From positions 90 through 64,089 of the forward strand of contig DVHU01000104.1 in assembly GCA_018711815.1 (NCBI GenBank): 64,000 nucleotides of DNA, in the 5' to 3' direction. Made by a program: the position numbers and the translations under genes. Under the pieces are notes generated by a model, which had not been told where the DNA came from, did no database searches, and was given only the letters and a program-made list of their open reading frames with translations. The DNA is from Candidatus Egerieimonas intestinavium. GTDB taxonomy: Bacteria > Bacillota > Clostridia > Lachnospirales > Lachnospiraceae. Numbering within the stretch: position 1 is the stretch's first letter; every line of letters begins with the position of its first letter. This document shows, one piece after another, positions 16,607 to 26,436 of the stretch.

Positions 16607-17424
16607 AACAGAGAGCCCTCCCCGTCTTTATCGTATTTGGCAGTGACTGCCATGGAAAAGAGGATAAACAGCATCAGAACCAGGGAGAGCCCGGATCCCA
16701 CATGATAATTGTTGGTCTGCTGAAATTCCTGCTCGATGACGTTTCCGATCAGCAAAATCTTGCTGCCTCCCAGCATACTGGAGATAACGAAGGTAGTCAG
16801 GGAGGGGATAAATACCATGGTGATGCCGCTGATAATTCCCGGCAGACTCAAGGGAATCAGAATCCGGGTCAGGGTCTGGAGAGGGTTAGCCCCCAGATCT
16901 CTGGCAGCGTTGACCACATCCTTATCAATTTTAATCATCACATTATAGATGGGCAGCACCATGAAGGGAAGAAAATTGTAAACCATGCCCAGGATAATGG
17001 CCCCCGGGGTGTTGATGATTTCCAGAGCCGGCAGGTGCAGGAAGGAGAGCACGCTGTTGATGACTCCGTTTTTCTCCAAAAGCGTCTGCCAGGCCAGTGT
17101 ACGCAGCAGAAAATTCATCCACATGGGCAGGATGAAAATCAGCACGATAAAGCTGGTTTGATTTACCGATTTCTGGGCGAGGATCATGGCCAGGGGGTAG
17201 GCCAGAATCAGGCAGATGGCCGTGCTCACCACCGAGAGCAGCAGGGCCAGCGCCAGGGCCTTCATGTTTTCCGGGCTGGAAATTTCCGCCAGGTTAGAGA
17301 GGGTAAAACCGCCGGTTTCATTGTCGGTGAAGGCGTAGTATATCACAATCAGCAGGGGGATGATGGTAAAACCTACCGCCCACACCGTAAAGGGAGCGGC
17401 CAAAAAACGACTTTTATTCTTCAA
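16603..17424 (-). CDS. potB: Spermidine/putrescine ABC transporter permease
   Basis: 273-aa 6-TM permease with the motif [20 protein letters not shown]. Overlaps its neighbours by 4 and 11 nt. Confidence 0.85.
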   Translation of the reverse strand: MKNKSRFLAAPFTVWAVGFTIIPLLIVIYYAFTDNETGGFTLSNLAEISSPENMKALALALLLSVVSTAICLILAYPLAMILAQKSVNQTSFIVLIFILPMWMNFLLRTLAWQTLLEKNGVINSVLSFLHLPALEIINTPGAIILGMVYNFLPFMVLPIYNVMIKIDKDVVNAARDLGANPLQTLTRILIPLSLPGIISGITMVFIPSLTTFVISSMLGGSKILLIGNVIEQEFQQTNNYHVGSGLSLVLMLFILFSMAVTAKYDKDGEGSLF

Positions 17425-18487
17425 CGCTTACCGCCTCCTCATGGACAGATTCCGGCTTGTTCATGATCTGAATGTCAAAGGGATCAACCCAGATGCCCAC
17501 TTCCTCCCCCACGGGCACCATATCGGTGCTGTGTACCAGCCAGGTGTATCCTCCGGCCTCCACATCCATCTCATAGTGGACGCCCCGGAAAATCAGATTA
17601 GTCACCCGGCCGGTGATGATTCCTTTTTTGGGCTTTACTAAGTCAATATCCTCCGGGCGGATCACCACGTCCACCGGTTTGTTTCTGCCGAAGCCAGTGT
17701 CCACGCAGGGGAACTTGGCCCCCAGAATTTTCACCAGCCTGTCCTCCAGCATAACCCCGTCGATGATGTTGCTGTCCCCGATGAAATCTGCCACAAAGGC
17801 GTTCTGGGGCTCGTTGTAAATATCCTCCGGGGTTCCGATCTGCTGGATATACCCTTGATTCATAACCACGATGGTGTCCGACATGGTCAGGGCTTCCTCC
17901 TGATCGTGGGTCACGTAGATAAAGGTGATGCCCAGCTCATTTTTCAGGCGGATCAATTCATACTGCATGTCCTGGCGCAATTTCAGATCCAGGGCCCCCA
18001 GGGGCTCGTCCAGCAGAAGCACCTTAGGCTCATTGACGATGGCCCGGGCGATGGCGATTCTCTGCTGCTGGCCGCCGGAGAGGGAGGCGGGGGATCGGTG
18101 CTCATAGCCCTCCAGATTTACCAGCTTTAGAGCATACTTGATTTTATCTTTGATATACTCCTGGGACTTTCCCTTGATTTTCAGGCCGAAGGCAATATTT
18201 TCCGCAATGGACATGTGGGTAAACAGGGCGTATTTCTGAAATACGGTGTTCAGCTGACGTTTGTTGGGGGCCAGGTTGGTGATGTCCTGGCCGTCAAAGA
18301 TAACCCGCCCGGAGTCCGGGCTCTCAAAGCCCCCGATGATCCGCAGGGTTGTGGTCTTCCCGCAGCCGCTGGGGCCCAGAAGCGTGAGAAACTCGTTTTC
18401 CCGGATATACAGGTTTAAATTATCCAAGACCCTTTGGCCCTCATAGGACTTGGTAATATTTTCCAGATTAATTAATTTATAGCTCAT
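17414..18487 (-). CDS. potA: Spermidine/putrescine ABC transporter ATPase
   Basis: Walker [10 protein letters not shown], signature LSGGQQQR, Walker B LLLDEP, C-terminal TOBE-like domain. Confidence 0.9.
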   Translation of the reverse strand: MSYKLINLENITKSYEGQRVLDNLNLYIRENEFLTLLGPSGCGKTTTLRIIGGFESPDSGRVIFDGQDITNLAPNKRQLNTVFQKYALFTHMSIAENIAFGLKIKGKSQEYIKDKIKYALKLVNLEGYEHRSPASLSGGQQQRIAIARAIVNEPKVLLLDEPLGALDLKLRQDMQYELIRLKNELGITFIYVTHDQEEALTMSDTIVVMNQGYIQQIGTPEDIYNEPQNAFVADFIGDSNIIDGVMLEDRLVKILGAKFPCVDTGFGRNKPVDVVIRPEDIDLVKPKKGIITGRVTNLIFRGVHYEMDVEAGGYTWLVHSTDMVPVGEEVGIWVDPFDIQIMNKPESVHEEAVSVEE

Positions 18488-18584
18488 GGATGGCCTCCTT
18501 TTTCAAAGGTAAGGTAAAAAGCGTCTCCCGCCCTTGGGATGCGGCCGGATATAGGGCCTTTTCGCAGTAGGGAGAACGGCCCTT

Positions 18585-18612
18585 ATTATACTCGTTTTTG
18601 GAGCAATGTCAA
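18585..18612 (-). promoter_or_regulatory. Near-consensus sigma-A promoter of potA operon
   Basis: On the minus strand: TTGACA (18612-18607), 16-nt spacer, TATAAT (18590-18585). Leaves a ~95-nt leader before the ATG at 18487. Confidence 0.6.
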
Positions 18613-18681
18613 TTTCTTTTGCGGAAAAAACGGGTATAGAAAAGAGCTTTGTCCCATAAAGATAAGAGAAGGGGGCATGTT

Positions 18682-19905
18682 ATGAAAAAAATGAGTAAAG
18701 TTATTGCCGCTTTGGGGGTATTTCTGCAGTTCTTTTTCCTGGGAATCCGGGCGGCGTCAGGCGGGGAAGCGCCGGGTCCCACAGAGCTCTATGCCAAGGC
18801 TGCCTGTCTGCTGGACGGAGATTCCGGGCGAGTCCTCTACGGGAAGGAAGAGAATCTGGCGCTGCCCATGGCCAGCACCACTAAGATTATGACCTGTATT
18901 CTGGTGCTGGAGTCCGGCACAGAGGAAGAGATGGCCACGGTCAGCTCCCGGGCAGCGGGGCAGCCCAAGGTACATTTGGGGGTCAGGAAGGGGGAGACCT
19001 ATCGGGTGGGGGATCTTTTGTATTCCCTGATGCTGGAATCCCACAACGACGCGGCCGTGATTCTGGCGGAGCATGTGGGAACCACGGTGGAGGGCTTTGC
19101 CGCTATGATGAATCAGAAGGCGGAGGAAATCGGCTGTGAGGATACATATTTCATCACCCCTAACGGGCTGGATGCTTCCGACGATCAGGGGGTGCACCAC
19201 ACCACCGCGGCGGATCTGGCCAGAATTATGCGCTACTGTATCCGTATTTCTCCCAAGAAGGCTGAATTTCTGGAAATTACGGGAACCGCTTCCTACACCT
19301 TTACCGACGGCTCCGGCAGCCGGAGTTTTTCCTGCTATAACCACAATACCTTTTTGGATATGATGGAGGGAGCTCTGTCGGGAAAGACCGGCTTCACCGC
19401 CGATGCGGGTTACTGCTATGTGGGAGCCCTGGAGCGGGAGGGGCGCACCTTCATTGTGGCCCTTCTGGCCTGCGGATGGCCCAACAACAAGACGTACAAG
19501 TGGAGCGACACCAAAAAGCTGATGGTCTACGGTCTGGAAAATTATCAGTACAGGGACGTATTTCAAAAAGGGCAGGAGTTTCCGGCCCTGCCGGTGTCCG
19601 GAGGCCAGGCGGAGCTGGTGGATGAGCTCCCCCGGGTGCAGGTGGGGCTGAATATACCTTCGGAGGAGCAGCAGCTTACGCTGCTTCTGCGGGAAGATGA
19701 GGAAGTGCGGGTGGAGACAGAATTGCCTCAGGCCCTGGCAGCTCCCGTGGAGGCGGGCAGCCCTGTGGGGGCGGTGCGCTACTATCTGGGGGAAGAGTTG
19801 GTGGGCGAATATCCTCTTTATACCCTGAGCCAGGTAAAGAAGATTGATTTTGACTGGTGTTTTGATATAATAAAGAAAAGATTTCTGCACGCGGTCAGGG
19901 AGTGA
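18682..19905 (+). CDS. D-alanyl-D-alanine carboxypeptidase (peptidase S11), second paralogue
   Basis: Signal peptide, SxxK (STTK in MASTTKIMT), SxN (ESHNDAA), KTG (GKTGFT). ATG 18682 is preferred over the upstream TTG because of the GGGGG RBS. Confidence 0.9.
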   Translation: MKKMSKVIAALGVFLQFFFLGIRAASGGEAPGPTELYAKAACLLDGDSGRVLYGKEENLALPMASTTKIMTCILVLESGTEEEMATVSSRAAGQPKVHLGVRKGETYRVGDLLYSLMLESHNDAAVILAEHVGTTVEGFAAMMNQKAEEIGCEDTYFITPNGLDASDDQGVHHTTAADLARIMRYCIRISPKKAEFLEITGTASYTFTDGSGSRSFSCYNHNTFLDMMEGALSGKTGFTADAGYCYVGALEREGRTFIVALLACGWPNNKTYKWSDTKKLMVYGLENYQYRDVFQKGQEFPALPVSGGQAELVDELPRVQVGLNIPSEEQQLTLLLREDEEVRVETELPQALAAPVEAGSPVGAVRYYLGEELVGEYPLYTLSQVKKIDFDWCFDIIKKRFLHAVRE

Positions 19906-19933
19906 GGCTGCGGCGGTACACAGGAGGCGAAGG

Positions 19934-21430
19934 ATGAAGCAGTATATTATGGCACTGGATCAGGGAACCACCAGCTCCCGCTGTATTATTTTTGACGAGA
20001 AGGGCGCCATCTGCAGTATGGTGCAGAAGGAGTTTGAGCAGATTTTTCCCCAGCCCGGCTGGGTGGAGCACAATCCCACCACCATCTGGTCTTCCCAGCT
20101 CTCGGCGGCCATGGAGGCCATGAGCCAGCTGCGGCTGACGGCCCGGGAGATCGCGGCCATCGGTATCACCAATCAGAGAGAGACCACGGTTATCTGGGAG
20201 AAGGAGACGGGGCAGCCCATCTATAACGCCATCGTGTGGCAGTGCCGGAGGACTGCGGATATTGTGGACAGCATCCGGGAGCAGGGCAAGGATCAGATGA
20301 TCAAGGAGAAGACGGGCCTGGTGCCGGACGCTTACTTCTCCGGCACAAAGGTAAAATGGATTCTGGATCATGTGCCCGGGAGCCGGGAGAGGGCCTGCCG
20401 GGGAGAGCTTCTCTTCGGAACCATGGATACCTGGCTCATCTGGAACCTCACCGGAGGGAAGGTTCATGTGACCGATTACACCAACGCTTCCCGGACTATG
20501 CTCTTTGACATTCACCGGCTCCAGTGGGATCAGGAGATTCTGGATCTCCTGGATATTCCTCGGCAGCTGCTGCCCCAGGTGAAGCCCAGCAGCTGCATCT
20601 ACGGGCACACGGCTCCGGGGATTCTGGGGGCGGGGATTCCCATCGCCGGAGCGGCGGGGGATCAGCAGGCGGCCCTCTTCGGCCAGTGCTGCCTGGAGCC
20701 GGGAACGGTGAAAAATACCTACGGGACAGGCTGCTTCCTGCTGATGAATACCGGAGAGCAGGCGGTGGAGAGCAGAAACGGACTTTTGACTACCATAGCC
20801 GCTGGAGCCGGGGAGCAGGTGAATTATGCCCTGGAGGGAAGTATCTTTGTGGCTGGGGCGGCCATCCAGTGGCTCCGGGATGAGCTGCGGATTTTGGATA
20901 ACGCCGCCCAGAGCGAGAAGGCCTGCCAGATGGTGCCGGATACCAACGGCGCCTACGTAGTTCCGGCCTTCACAGGCCTGGGCGCGCCCTACTGGGATCA
21001 GTACGCCCGGGGGGCCATCGTGGGCCTTACCCGGGGAACCAGCCGGGAGCATCTGATCCGGGCCACGGTGGAGTCCCTGGCCTATCAGACCTACGACCTG
21101 TTGGACGCCATGGAGCGGGATTCCGGCATTGAGATTCGGGAGCTGCGGGTGGACGGCGGAGCCAGCGCCAACAACTTCCTGATGCAGTTCCAGGCGGATG
21201 TGATGAAATGTCAGGTGATCCGGCCCAAGTGCATTGAGACCACAGCCCTGGGGGCCGCCTACTTGGCGGGCCTGGCGGTGGGCTACTGGAGAGATTCCCA
21301 GGAGATCCGGGAAAATTGGGCCCTGGATAAGCGCTTTGAACCCCAGATGGAGGAAGAACGCAGGGAACGGCTGATTAAGGGCTGGAAGAGGGCGGTGCGC
21401 TGTTCCTTCGGCTGGGCGAAAGAGGACTGA
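19934..21430 (+). CDS. glpK: Glycerol kinase
   Basis: Full-length FGGY kinase: [52 protein letters not shown]. Confidence 0.95.
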   Translation: MKQYIMALDQGTTSSRCIIFDEKGAICSMVQKEFEQIFPQPGWVEHNPTTIWSSQLSAAMEAMSQLRLTAREIAAIGITNQRETTVIWEKETGQPIYNAIVWQCRRTADIVDSIREQGKDQMIKEKTGLVPDAYFSGTKVKWILDHVPGSRERACRGELLFGTMDTWLIWNLTGGKVHVTDYTNASRTMLFDIHRLQWDQEILDLLDIPRQLLPQVKPSSCIYGHTAPGILGAGIPIAGAAGDQQAALFGQCCLEPGTVKNTYGTGCFLLMNTGEQAVESRNGLLTTIAAGAGEQVNYALEGSIFVAGAAIQWLRDELRILDNAAQSEKACQMVPDTNGAYVVPAFTGLGAPYWDQYARGAIVGLTRGTSREHLIRATVESLAYQTYDLLDAMERDSGIEIRELRVDGGASANNFLMQFQADVMKCQVIRPKCIETTALGAAYLAGLAVGYWRDSQEIRENWALDKRFEPQMEEERRERLIKGWKRAVRCSFGWAKED

Positions 21431-21449
21431 GGAAGAAGGAGAAGGCGGT

Positions 21450-22514
21450 ATGAACGAGGCACTGAAAAAGCTGCTGAAGGCTCTGTCCAACCCGGAGGAG
21501 GAGTTGGATGTGATTAAAAGCCGTCAGCTGATGGATCTGAAGAAGCTAGATCCCTTCAAGCGCTTTTACCGGACTATTGACCAGAAAATTTATAATGGAG
21601 ATCACCAGGTTCCCACCCGGATTTATTTTCCCAGCCAGGAGAGCTTTGAGACGGTCAATATTGAAGAGTATCACCGGGCCCGGGCGGATATCGACATGGG
21701 AAAGATGGTGGACAACACCTACCCGGTGCTGTTGTTCTTTCACGGCGGAGGATTTGTGACGGAGAGCGTGGAGAGCTATAACCGAATCTGCTGGAATATG
21801 GCCAAGGCCACCGGGCATGTGGTGGTGTCTGTGGATTACCGCCTGGCTCCGGAACACCGTTTTCCCGCGGGGCTTATGGATTGCTATGCGGTGGCCAAGG
21901 CGGTCTTTCAGGATCAGACCATCCTGCAGGTGAAACCGGAGCACATTACGGTGATAGGGGACAGCGCCGGGGGAAACCTGGCGGCGGCGGTCTGCCAGAT
22001 GGCCCGGGACCGGGGGGATTTTCATCCCCGGCGGCAGATTCTGATTTACCCCTGCCTAAACAGCGACTATTCCGATGGCTCTCCCTATGCTTCTGTCCGG
22101 GAGAACGGCCAGGATTACCTGCTGACTCAGCGGGATATGATGGATTATCTGGATCTGTATCAGAGCAGCCCCGCAGACCGGGAAAACCCTTATTTTGCCC
22201 CCCTGGAGGCTCGGGATTACCGGGATCTTCCCCGGACCCTGGTGCTCACGGGAGAGTTTGACCCCTTAAGGGACGAGGGGGAAGAGTATGCCCGGCGGAT
22301 CCGGCGAGCGGGAGGAGAGGCCTCAAGCCGAAGGATTGCCGACGGCGTCCATGGGTTTCTGATGATGCCCCTGCGCTATCCGGCGGTGAGAGAGCTGTAC
22401 GAACAGATCAACGAATTTTTGAAAGAGGTGTCAGCCGGTGTTTCAGATACGGAAGAACAAATGGAGAAGTTTGGAAAATACGGCCAAGATTTTCCCGGCT
22501 ACCAGCAGCGCTAA
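21450..22514 (+). CDS. Alpha/beta hydrolase fold-3 esterase/lipase (HSL family)
   Basis: Oxyanion HGGGF, nucleophile GDSAGGNLA, C-terminal DPLRDEG and HGF motifs. Confidence 0.85.
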   Translation: MNEALKKLLKALSNPEEELDVIKSRQLMDLKKLDPFKRFYRTIDQKIYNGDHQVPTRIYFPSQESFETVNIEEYHRARADIDMGKMVDNTYPVLLFFHGGGFVTESVESYNRICWNMAKATGHVVVSVDYRLAPEHRFPAGLMDCYAVAKAVFQDQTILQVKPEHITVIGDSAGGNLAAAVCQMARDRGDFHPRRQILIYPCLNSDYSDGSPYASVRENGQDYLLTQRDMMDYLDLYQSSPADRENPYFAPLEARDYRDLPRTLVLTGEFDPLRDEGEEYARRIRRAGGEASSRRIADGVHGFLMMPLRYPAVRELYEQINEFLKEVSAGVSDTEEQMEKFGKYGQDFPGYQQR

Positions 22515-24261
22515 GGATGAGCGGGTGTTCCGCTTTGCCTGCGAGCTGAAGGAGGAGATCCAAAAGCCGCTGCTGGAGAAGGCTCTGGAGGCGGCCTTGG
22601 TGCGGTTTCCTTCCTTTGCCTGTGTCATGCGCAAGGGGTTTTTCTGGAATTACATGGAGGATCTGCCGGCCAAGGCCCAGGTTCGGGAGGAGTACAGGCC
22701 TCCCTGCAGTCAGATGTATGTCCATGATCAGAAGAATCTGCTTTTCCAGGTGACCTACTACAAAAGCAGAATCAATCTGGAAACCTACCATGCCCTGACG
22801 GACGGCACCGGGGCTATGATTTTTTTGAAAACCTTGGTTTACGAGTATCTGCGGCTGACCCATCCGGAGGAAGTGGCCGGGGATACCGGAGAGCGGATGG
22901 GCTTTGACGCCACCGAGGATGAAAAGACCGAGGACGGTTTCCTGAAATATTACGTCCGGGACAGGGAAAAGCTGGAGATCCCCAAGTATAAGGCCTACCA
23001 GATTCCCTATCGGAAGCTGGAGCACGGAAGCTTCCGGCTGACGGAGGGAAGAGCTTCCACCGGGGAAGTGCTGGCGGCAGCCAGAAAGTATGGAACTACC
23101 ATGACGGTATTCCTGACTGCGGTGTATCTGCTGGCGGTGGCCCGGGACATGAGTCCCCGCCAGAGAAAGCGGCCGGTGGCGCTGATGGTTCCGGTGAATC
23201 TGCGCAGCTATTTTCCTTCGCATACCATGCGGAATTTCTTCGGATGGTTTGATATCGGCTACACCTTCAGCGGCCAGGAGAGCCTGGAGGAGGTGATTCC
23301 CTTTGTGGCGGAGTTTTTTCAGCGGGAGCTGACGGCGGAGCGCATGGGGGAGCGCATGGGAAGGCTCATGGATTTTGAGCGAAATCCCCTGGTGAGAATC
23401 CTTCCCCTGGAATTGAAGACGGTGGCTATGCAGATCGGGGCGGCCTCCACCACCGGCGAGGTGACGGCAGTGTTCTCCAATATTGGACGGGTGCAGATGC
23501 CCCCGGAGTGCGCGCCATTTATCCAGAGATTTTCTTTTTTTACCACCACCCCCAAGGCGGAGCTCTGTCTCTGCTCCTGGGAGGATGAGCTGATCTTTGG
23601 CTTTACCTCCGCTTACACCAATGAGCGGCTGGAGAAAAACTTTTTCCGGATTTTGGAGGAGCAGGGCATAGAAGTTTCCTTGCTGGACAAGGGGGAACGC
23701 TACCCGGATACGGGAAAGGAGAAGAAGATTGTTCACAAAAGCTTTCAGTGGTTTACCTTTATCTGCGTGGCGGTGGCTGTGTTGGCTAATGCCCTGAATT
23801 GGGTGGCCTTCCCCGATTCCTGGTGGGGGAAATATGTGCTGGTGGGGGCCGGCTGCGCCTGGCTGGTCACAGGCACAGGCCTGGCGAAAAGGCGCAATCC
23901 CCTGAAAAATGCGGTCTGGCAGATGGTGCTCTTAAGTGCCCTCTTGGTGCTCTGGGACCTGCTGACCGGCTGGAGAGGATGGTCGGTAAACTACGGGGTT
24001 CCCGTGACAATCACCGTCACCTTGATTTTCCTGACCGTGATCACGGCTCTGCTGCACCTGACCTCAGAGCGATACATGATTTATTTTCTCATGACCTGCC
24101 TGGCGGGACTGGTGATCTGGATACTGGCCGGGGTGGGAATTTTGCCGGTTAAATTGCCGGCGGCCGTGTGCGGAGCCGCCAGTCTGCTGACCTTGGCCGC
24201 CCTGGTGATTTTCCAGCGCCAGGCAGTGGCGGAGGAGCTGAAGAAGAAATTCCACCTGTAG
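22438..24261 (+). CDS. HxxxD acyltransferase (alcohol acetyltransferase/condensation-like) fused to a polytopic membrane domain
   Basis: N-terminal ~420 aa with HALTDG (HxxxDG). The C-terminal ~180 aa holds 5-6 predicted TM helices. GTG start with an AGAGGTG RBS 6 nt upstream; overlaps the esterase gene by 77 nt. Confidence 0.6.
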   Translation: MFQIRKNKWRSLENTAKIFPATSSAKDERVFRFACELKEEIQKPLLEKALEAALVRFPSFACVMRKGFFWNYMEDLPAKAQVREEYRPPCSQMYVHDQKNLLFQVTYYKSRINLETYHALTDGTGAMIFLKTLVYEYLRLTHPEEVAGDTGERMGFDATEDEKTEDGFLKYYVRDREKLEIPKYKAYQIPYRKLEHGSFRLTEGRASTGEVLAAARKYGTTMTVFLTAVYLLAVARDMSPRQRKRPVALMVPVNLRSYFPSHTMRNFFGWFDIGYTFSGQESLEEVIPFVAEFFQRELTAERMGERMGRLMDFERNPLVRILPLELKTVAMQIGAASTTGEVTAVFSNIGRVQMPPECAPFIQRFSFFTTTPKAELCLCSWEDELIFGFTSAYTNERLEKNFFRILEEQGIEVSLLDKGERYPDTGKEKKIVHKSFQWFTFICVAVAVLANALNWVAFPDSWWGKYVLVGAGCAWLVTGTGLAKRRNPLKNAVWQMVLLSALLVLWDLLTGWRGWSVNYGVPVTITVTLIFLTVITALLHLTSERYMIYFLMTCLAGLVIWILAGVGILPVKLPAAVCGAASLLTLAALVIFQRQAVAEELKKKFHL

Positions 24262-24284
24262 GATAGCAGTGTGAGGGTAGAAAT

Positions 24285-24340
24285 GAGACAGAAAAAAAGA
24301 GCCTTGGGCGTTGACCGCCCAGGGTTCTTTTTTCTGTCTC
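24285..24340. terminator. Bidirectional terminator between convergent genes
   Basis: GAGACAGAAAAAAAGAG-CCTTGGGCG-ttga-CCGCCCAGGG-TTCTTTTTTCTGTCTC. The GC stem is flanked by complementary A and T runs. Confidence 0.8.
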
Positions 24341-24344
24341 TGTA

Positions 24345-25721
24345 TCATTTGATTTTCGCCAATGCCTCCTCGGAGAGAATCTTCTTTTTGGTAGCCAGGA
24401 AGAGGATACCGGCGATGGCGGCGGAAGTGATATCAGAGATAGGCTCCGAAAAGTAGATGGACATCACGTCCCCGCCGGTGAATATGGGCAGCAGGATAGC
24501 CAGGGGAATCAGAAGGATAACCTTCCGCAGGAGGGCGATAAAGAGAGAGATTTTCGCCTGCCCCAATCCCATGAAGGTGGTCTGACAGCCCATCTGGATA
24601 CCGAACATCCAGATCCCTCCCATAAAGATAGGCATTACCCGGGCCAGCAGCTCCAGAAGCTCAGGATCTGTGGTGAACAGCCCCGCAAATACCAGGGGAA
24701 GCTGGGTGGTCAGCAGACAGCAGATGACGGCGGTGATAAAGGTGATGGTCAGGGTGATCCGGTAGGTCTGCTTTACCCGCTCAAATTTTCTGGCGCCGAA
24801 ATTATAGCTGATGATAGGCTGTATTCCCTGAGTGAAGCCATGGACAGGAACCACAATCAGCTGCATGACGCTCTGGAGGATCGTCATGGATCCCACGTAG
24901 AGGTCGCCTCCGTAGGTCTGCAGCCCACGGTTGAGGATTACCTGAATGGCGCTCTCGGTGGCCTGCATGATAAAAGGGGAGATACCCAGGGCCATAACCC
25001 GCTTCAACAGGGAAAAATCCGGTTTTAAATAAGCCCGCCGGATACGGATGGCGGATTTCTCAGAGGTGAGAAACACCAAAACCCAGGCGGCGCTCATGGC
25101 CTGGGAGATAATCGTGGCCAGGGCCGCCCCCCGAACGCCCATGCCAAAGAGAAAGATGAAGATGGGGTCCAGGATGATATTCGCCACAGCTCCGATGAGC
25201 ACCGACAGCATGGCTGTTTTCGCCCGGCCCTGGGAGGTGATGAACATATTCAGACCCAGAGAGAGCTGGACGAACACGGTGCCGATCAGATAAATGGTGA
25301 TATAGTCGCTGCCGTAGCCCACGGTGGCGTCGCTGGCGCCGAACATGTAGAGCAGAGGCCGATGAAAAATCAGAAAGAAAACGGTCAGCACCAGGGAGAA
25401 AATCAGGAGAACCGTGGTGCCGCTGCCCAGGATGCGCTCAGCCTTTTCTCTGCTCCCCTTGCCCAGATAGATGGAAGCTAAGGGGGCGCCTCCGGCTCCG
25501 ATAAAGTAGGAGAAAGCGGCCACCAGCAGCACGATGGGGAAGGTGACGCCCACCCCGGTGAGAGCTGTGTGGCCGATTTCCGGGATATGCCCGATGTAAA
25601 TTCGGTCTACAATGTTATAGAGGACGTTGATCAGCTGAGCGATCACCGAGGGGACCGCCAGTGTGGCCATAAGCCTGGGAATAGGCGCTGTGCCCAGGCG
25701 TTCTTCTGACTGTGTTGCCAT
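24345..25721 (-). CDS. MATE-family efflux transporter
   Basis: 458 aa, 12 TM helices, typical MATE N-terminus (PIPRLMATLAVPSVIAQLINVLYNIVDRIYIG). Confidence 0.9.
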   Translation of the reverse strand: MATQSEERLGTAPIPRLMATLAVPSVIAQLINVLYNIVDRIYIGHIPEIGHTALTGVGVTFPIVLLVAAFSYFIGAGGAPLASIYLGKGSREKAERILGSGTTVLLIFSLVLTVFFLIFHRPLLYMFGASDATVGYGSDYITIYLIGTVFVQLSLGLNMFITSQGRAKTAMLSVLIGAVANIILDPIFIFLFGMGVRGAALATIISQAMSAAWVLVFLTSEKSAIRIRRAYLKPDFSLLKRVMALGISPFIMQATESAIQVILNRGLQTYGGDLYVGSMTILQSVMQLIVVPVHGFTQGIQPIISYNFGARKFERVKQTYRITLTITFITAVICCLLTTQLPLVFAGLFTTDPELLELLARVMPIFMGGIWMFGIQMGCQTTFMGLGQAKISLFIALLRKVILLIPLAILLPIFTGGDVMSIYFSEPISDITSAAIAGILFLATKKKILSEEALAKIK

Positions 25722-25754
25722 GTGTAAGACTCCTTTGTTATGTAAGATAAATTC

Positions 25755-25798
25755 AGTGTATTTCTTTTTGGGAGGGATGTCAAGCTTAGATGACTAAG
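25755..25798 (-). promoter_or_regulatory. Candidate MATE promoter with abutting palindromic box
   Basis: Minus strand: TTGACA (25783-25778), 17-nt spacer, TACACT (25760-25755). The palindrome CTTAGatgaCTAAG (25785-25798) lies immediately upstream of the -35. Confidence 0.45.
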
Positions 25799-25850
25799 AA
25801 AGAAATTCCCGGGGAAATATAAAAAAATTCTAAAAATTCACCTTCAACGC

Positions 25851-25894
25851 TTGCAATATGGTAGGAGGTTGACTAAAATACTTTAGACGACTAA
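25851..25894 (+). promoter_or_regulatory. Candidate marR-ABC operon promoter overlapped by palindromic boxes
   Basis: TTGCAA (25851-25856), 17-nt spacer, TAAAAT (25874-25879). Dyads CTAAAatacTTTAG (25873-25886) and TTAGacgaCTAA (25883-25894) cover the -10 and start region. Confidence 0.45.
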
Positions 25895-25917
25895 CTAAGT
25901 AAGTGAGGAGGAGAGAG

Positions 25918-26436
25918 ATGGAAATGTTCGGGGAGGAAGACGGGATTCAGGCCAACAGCCTCCAGTCTTATTTTTTGAAAATTTCCCATATGTACTTCGC
26001 CAAAAGCTTTTCCCAGATGGCGGAATACGGGATCCATCCGGGACAGCTGTCCATGCTGAAACTTTTGGGAGTCCAGGACGGATTGAGCCAGAGTGAAATC
26101 TGCCGGGCCCTGAAAATCAAGCCCTCCACCGCAGCGGTATCTCTAAAGCGGCTGGAAAAAGCAGGGCTCATTGCCCGCAGGCCTGACCAGAAGGATCAGC
26201 GGGTGATCCGCGTATTTATTACGGAGGAGACAAAGGAGATCGGCCGAAGCGTCATGCGGCGCCAGGCTGAGAATGAGAAGATTATGCTCCGGGGCTTCAG
26301 CGAGGCGGAGGTCTGCCTGCTGAAGCGATTCCTGCAGCAGATTCTCGATAACACGGAGCTGCTGTCAGAGAAGCCGGCAGCAGATCCCTGTCATACCATG
26401 TTAAAAGACGAAGAAGAAGGAGAGAGACGATGCTGA
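25918..26436 (+). CDS. MarR-family transcriptional regulator
   Basis: wHTH region (LSQSEICRALKIKPSTAAVSLKRLEKAGLIARRPDQKDQRV). ATG 25918 is preferred, with GAGGAGGAG upstream. Confidence 0.9.
   Translation: MEMFGEEDGIQANSLQSYFLKISHMYFAKSFSQMAEYGIHPGQLSMLKLLGVQDGLSQSEICRALKIKPSTAAVSLKRLEKAGLIARRPDQKDQRVIRVFITEETKEIGRSVMRRQAENEKIMLRGFSEAEVCLLKRFLQQILDNTELLSEKPAADPCHTMLKDEEEGERRC

Noticed and set aside
19895-21490. 531-aa ORF on the minus strand spanning the whole of glpK
   Set aside because: It is exactly antisense to an unmistakable glycerol kinase. The product is a P/G/R/L/H-rich low-complexity string with no motif, no RBS and no sensible neighbours. This is the typical stop-codon-poor antisense frame of a high-GC gene.
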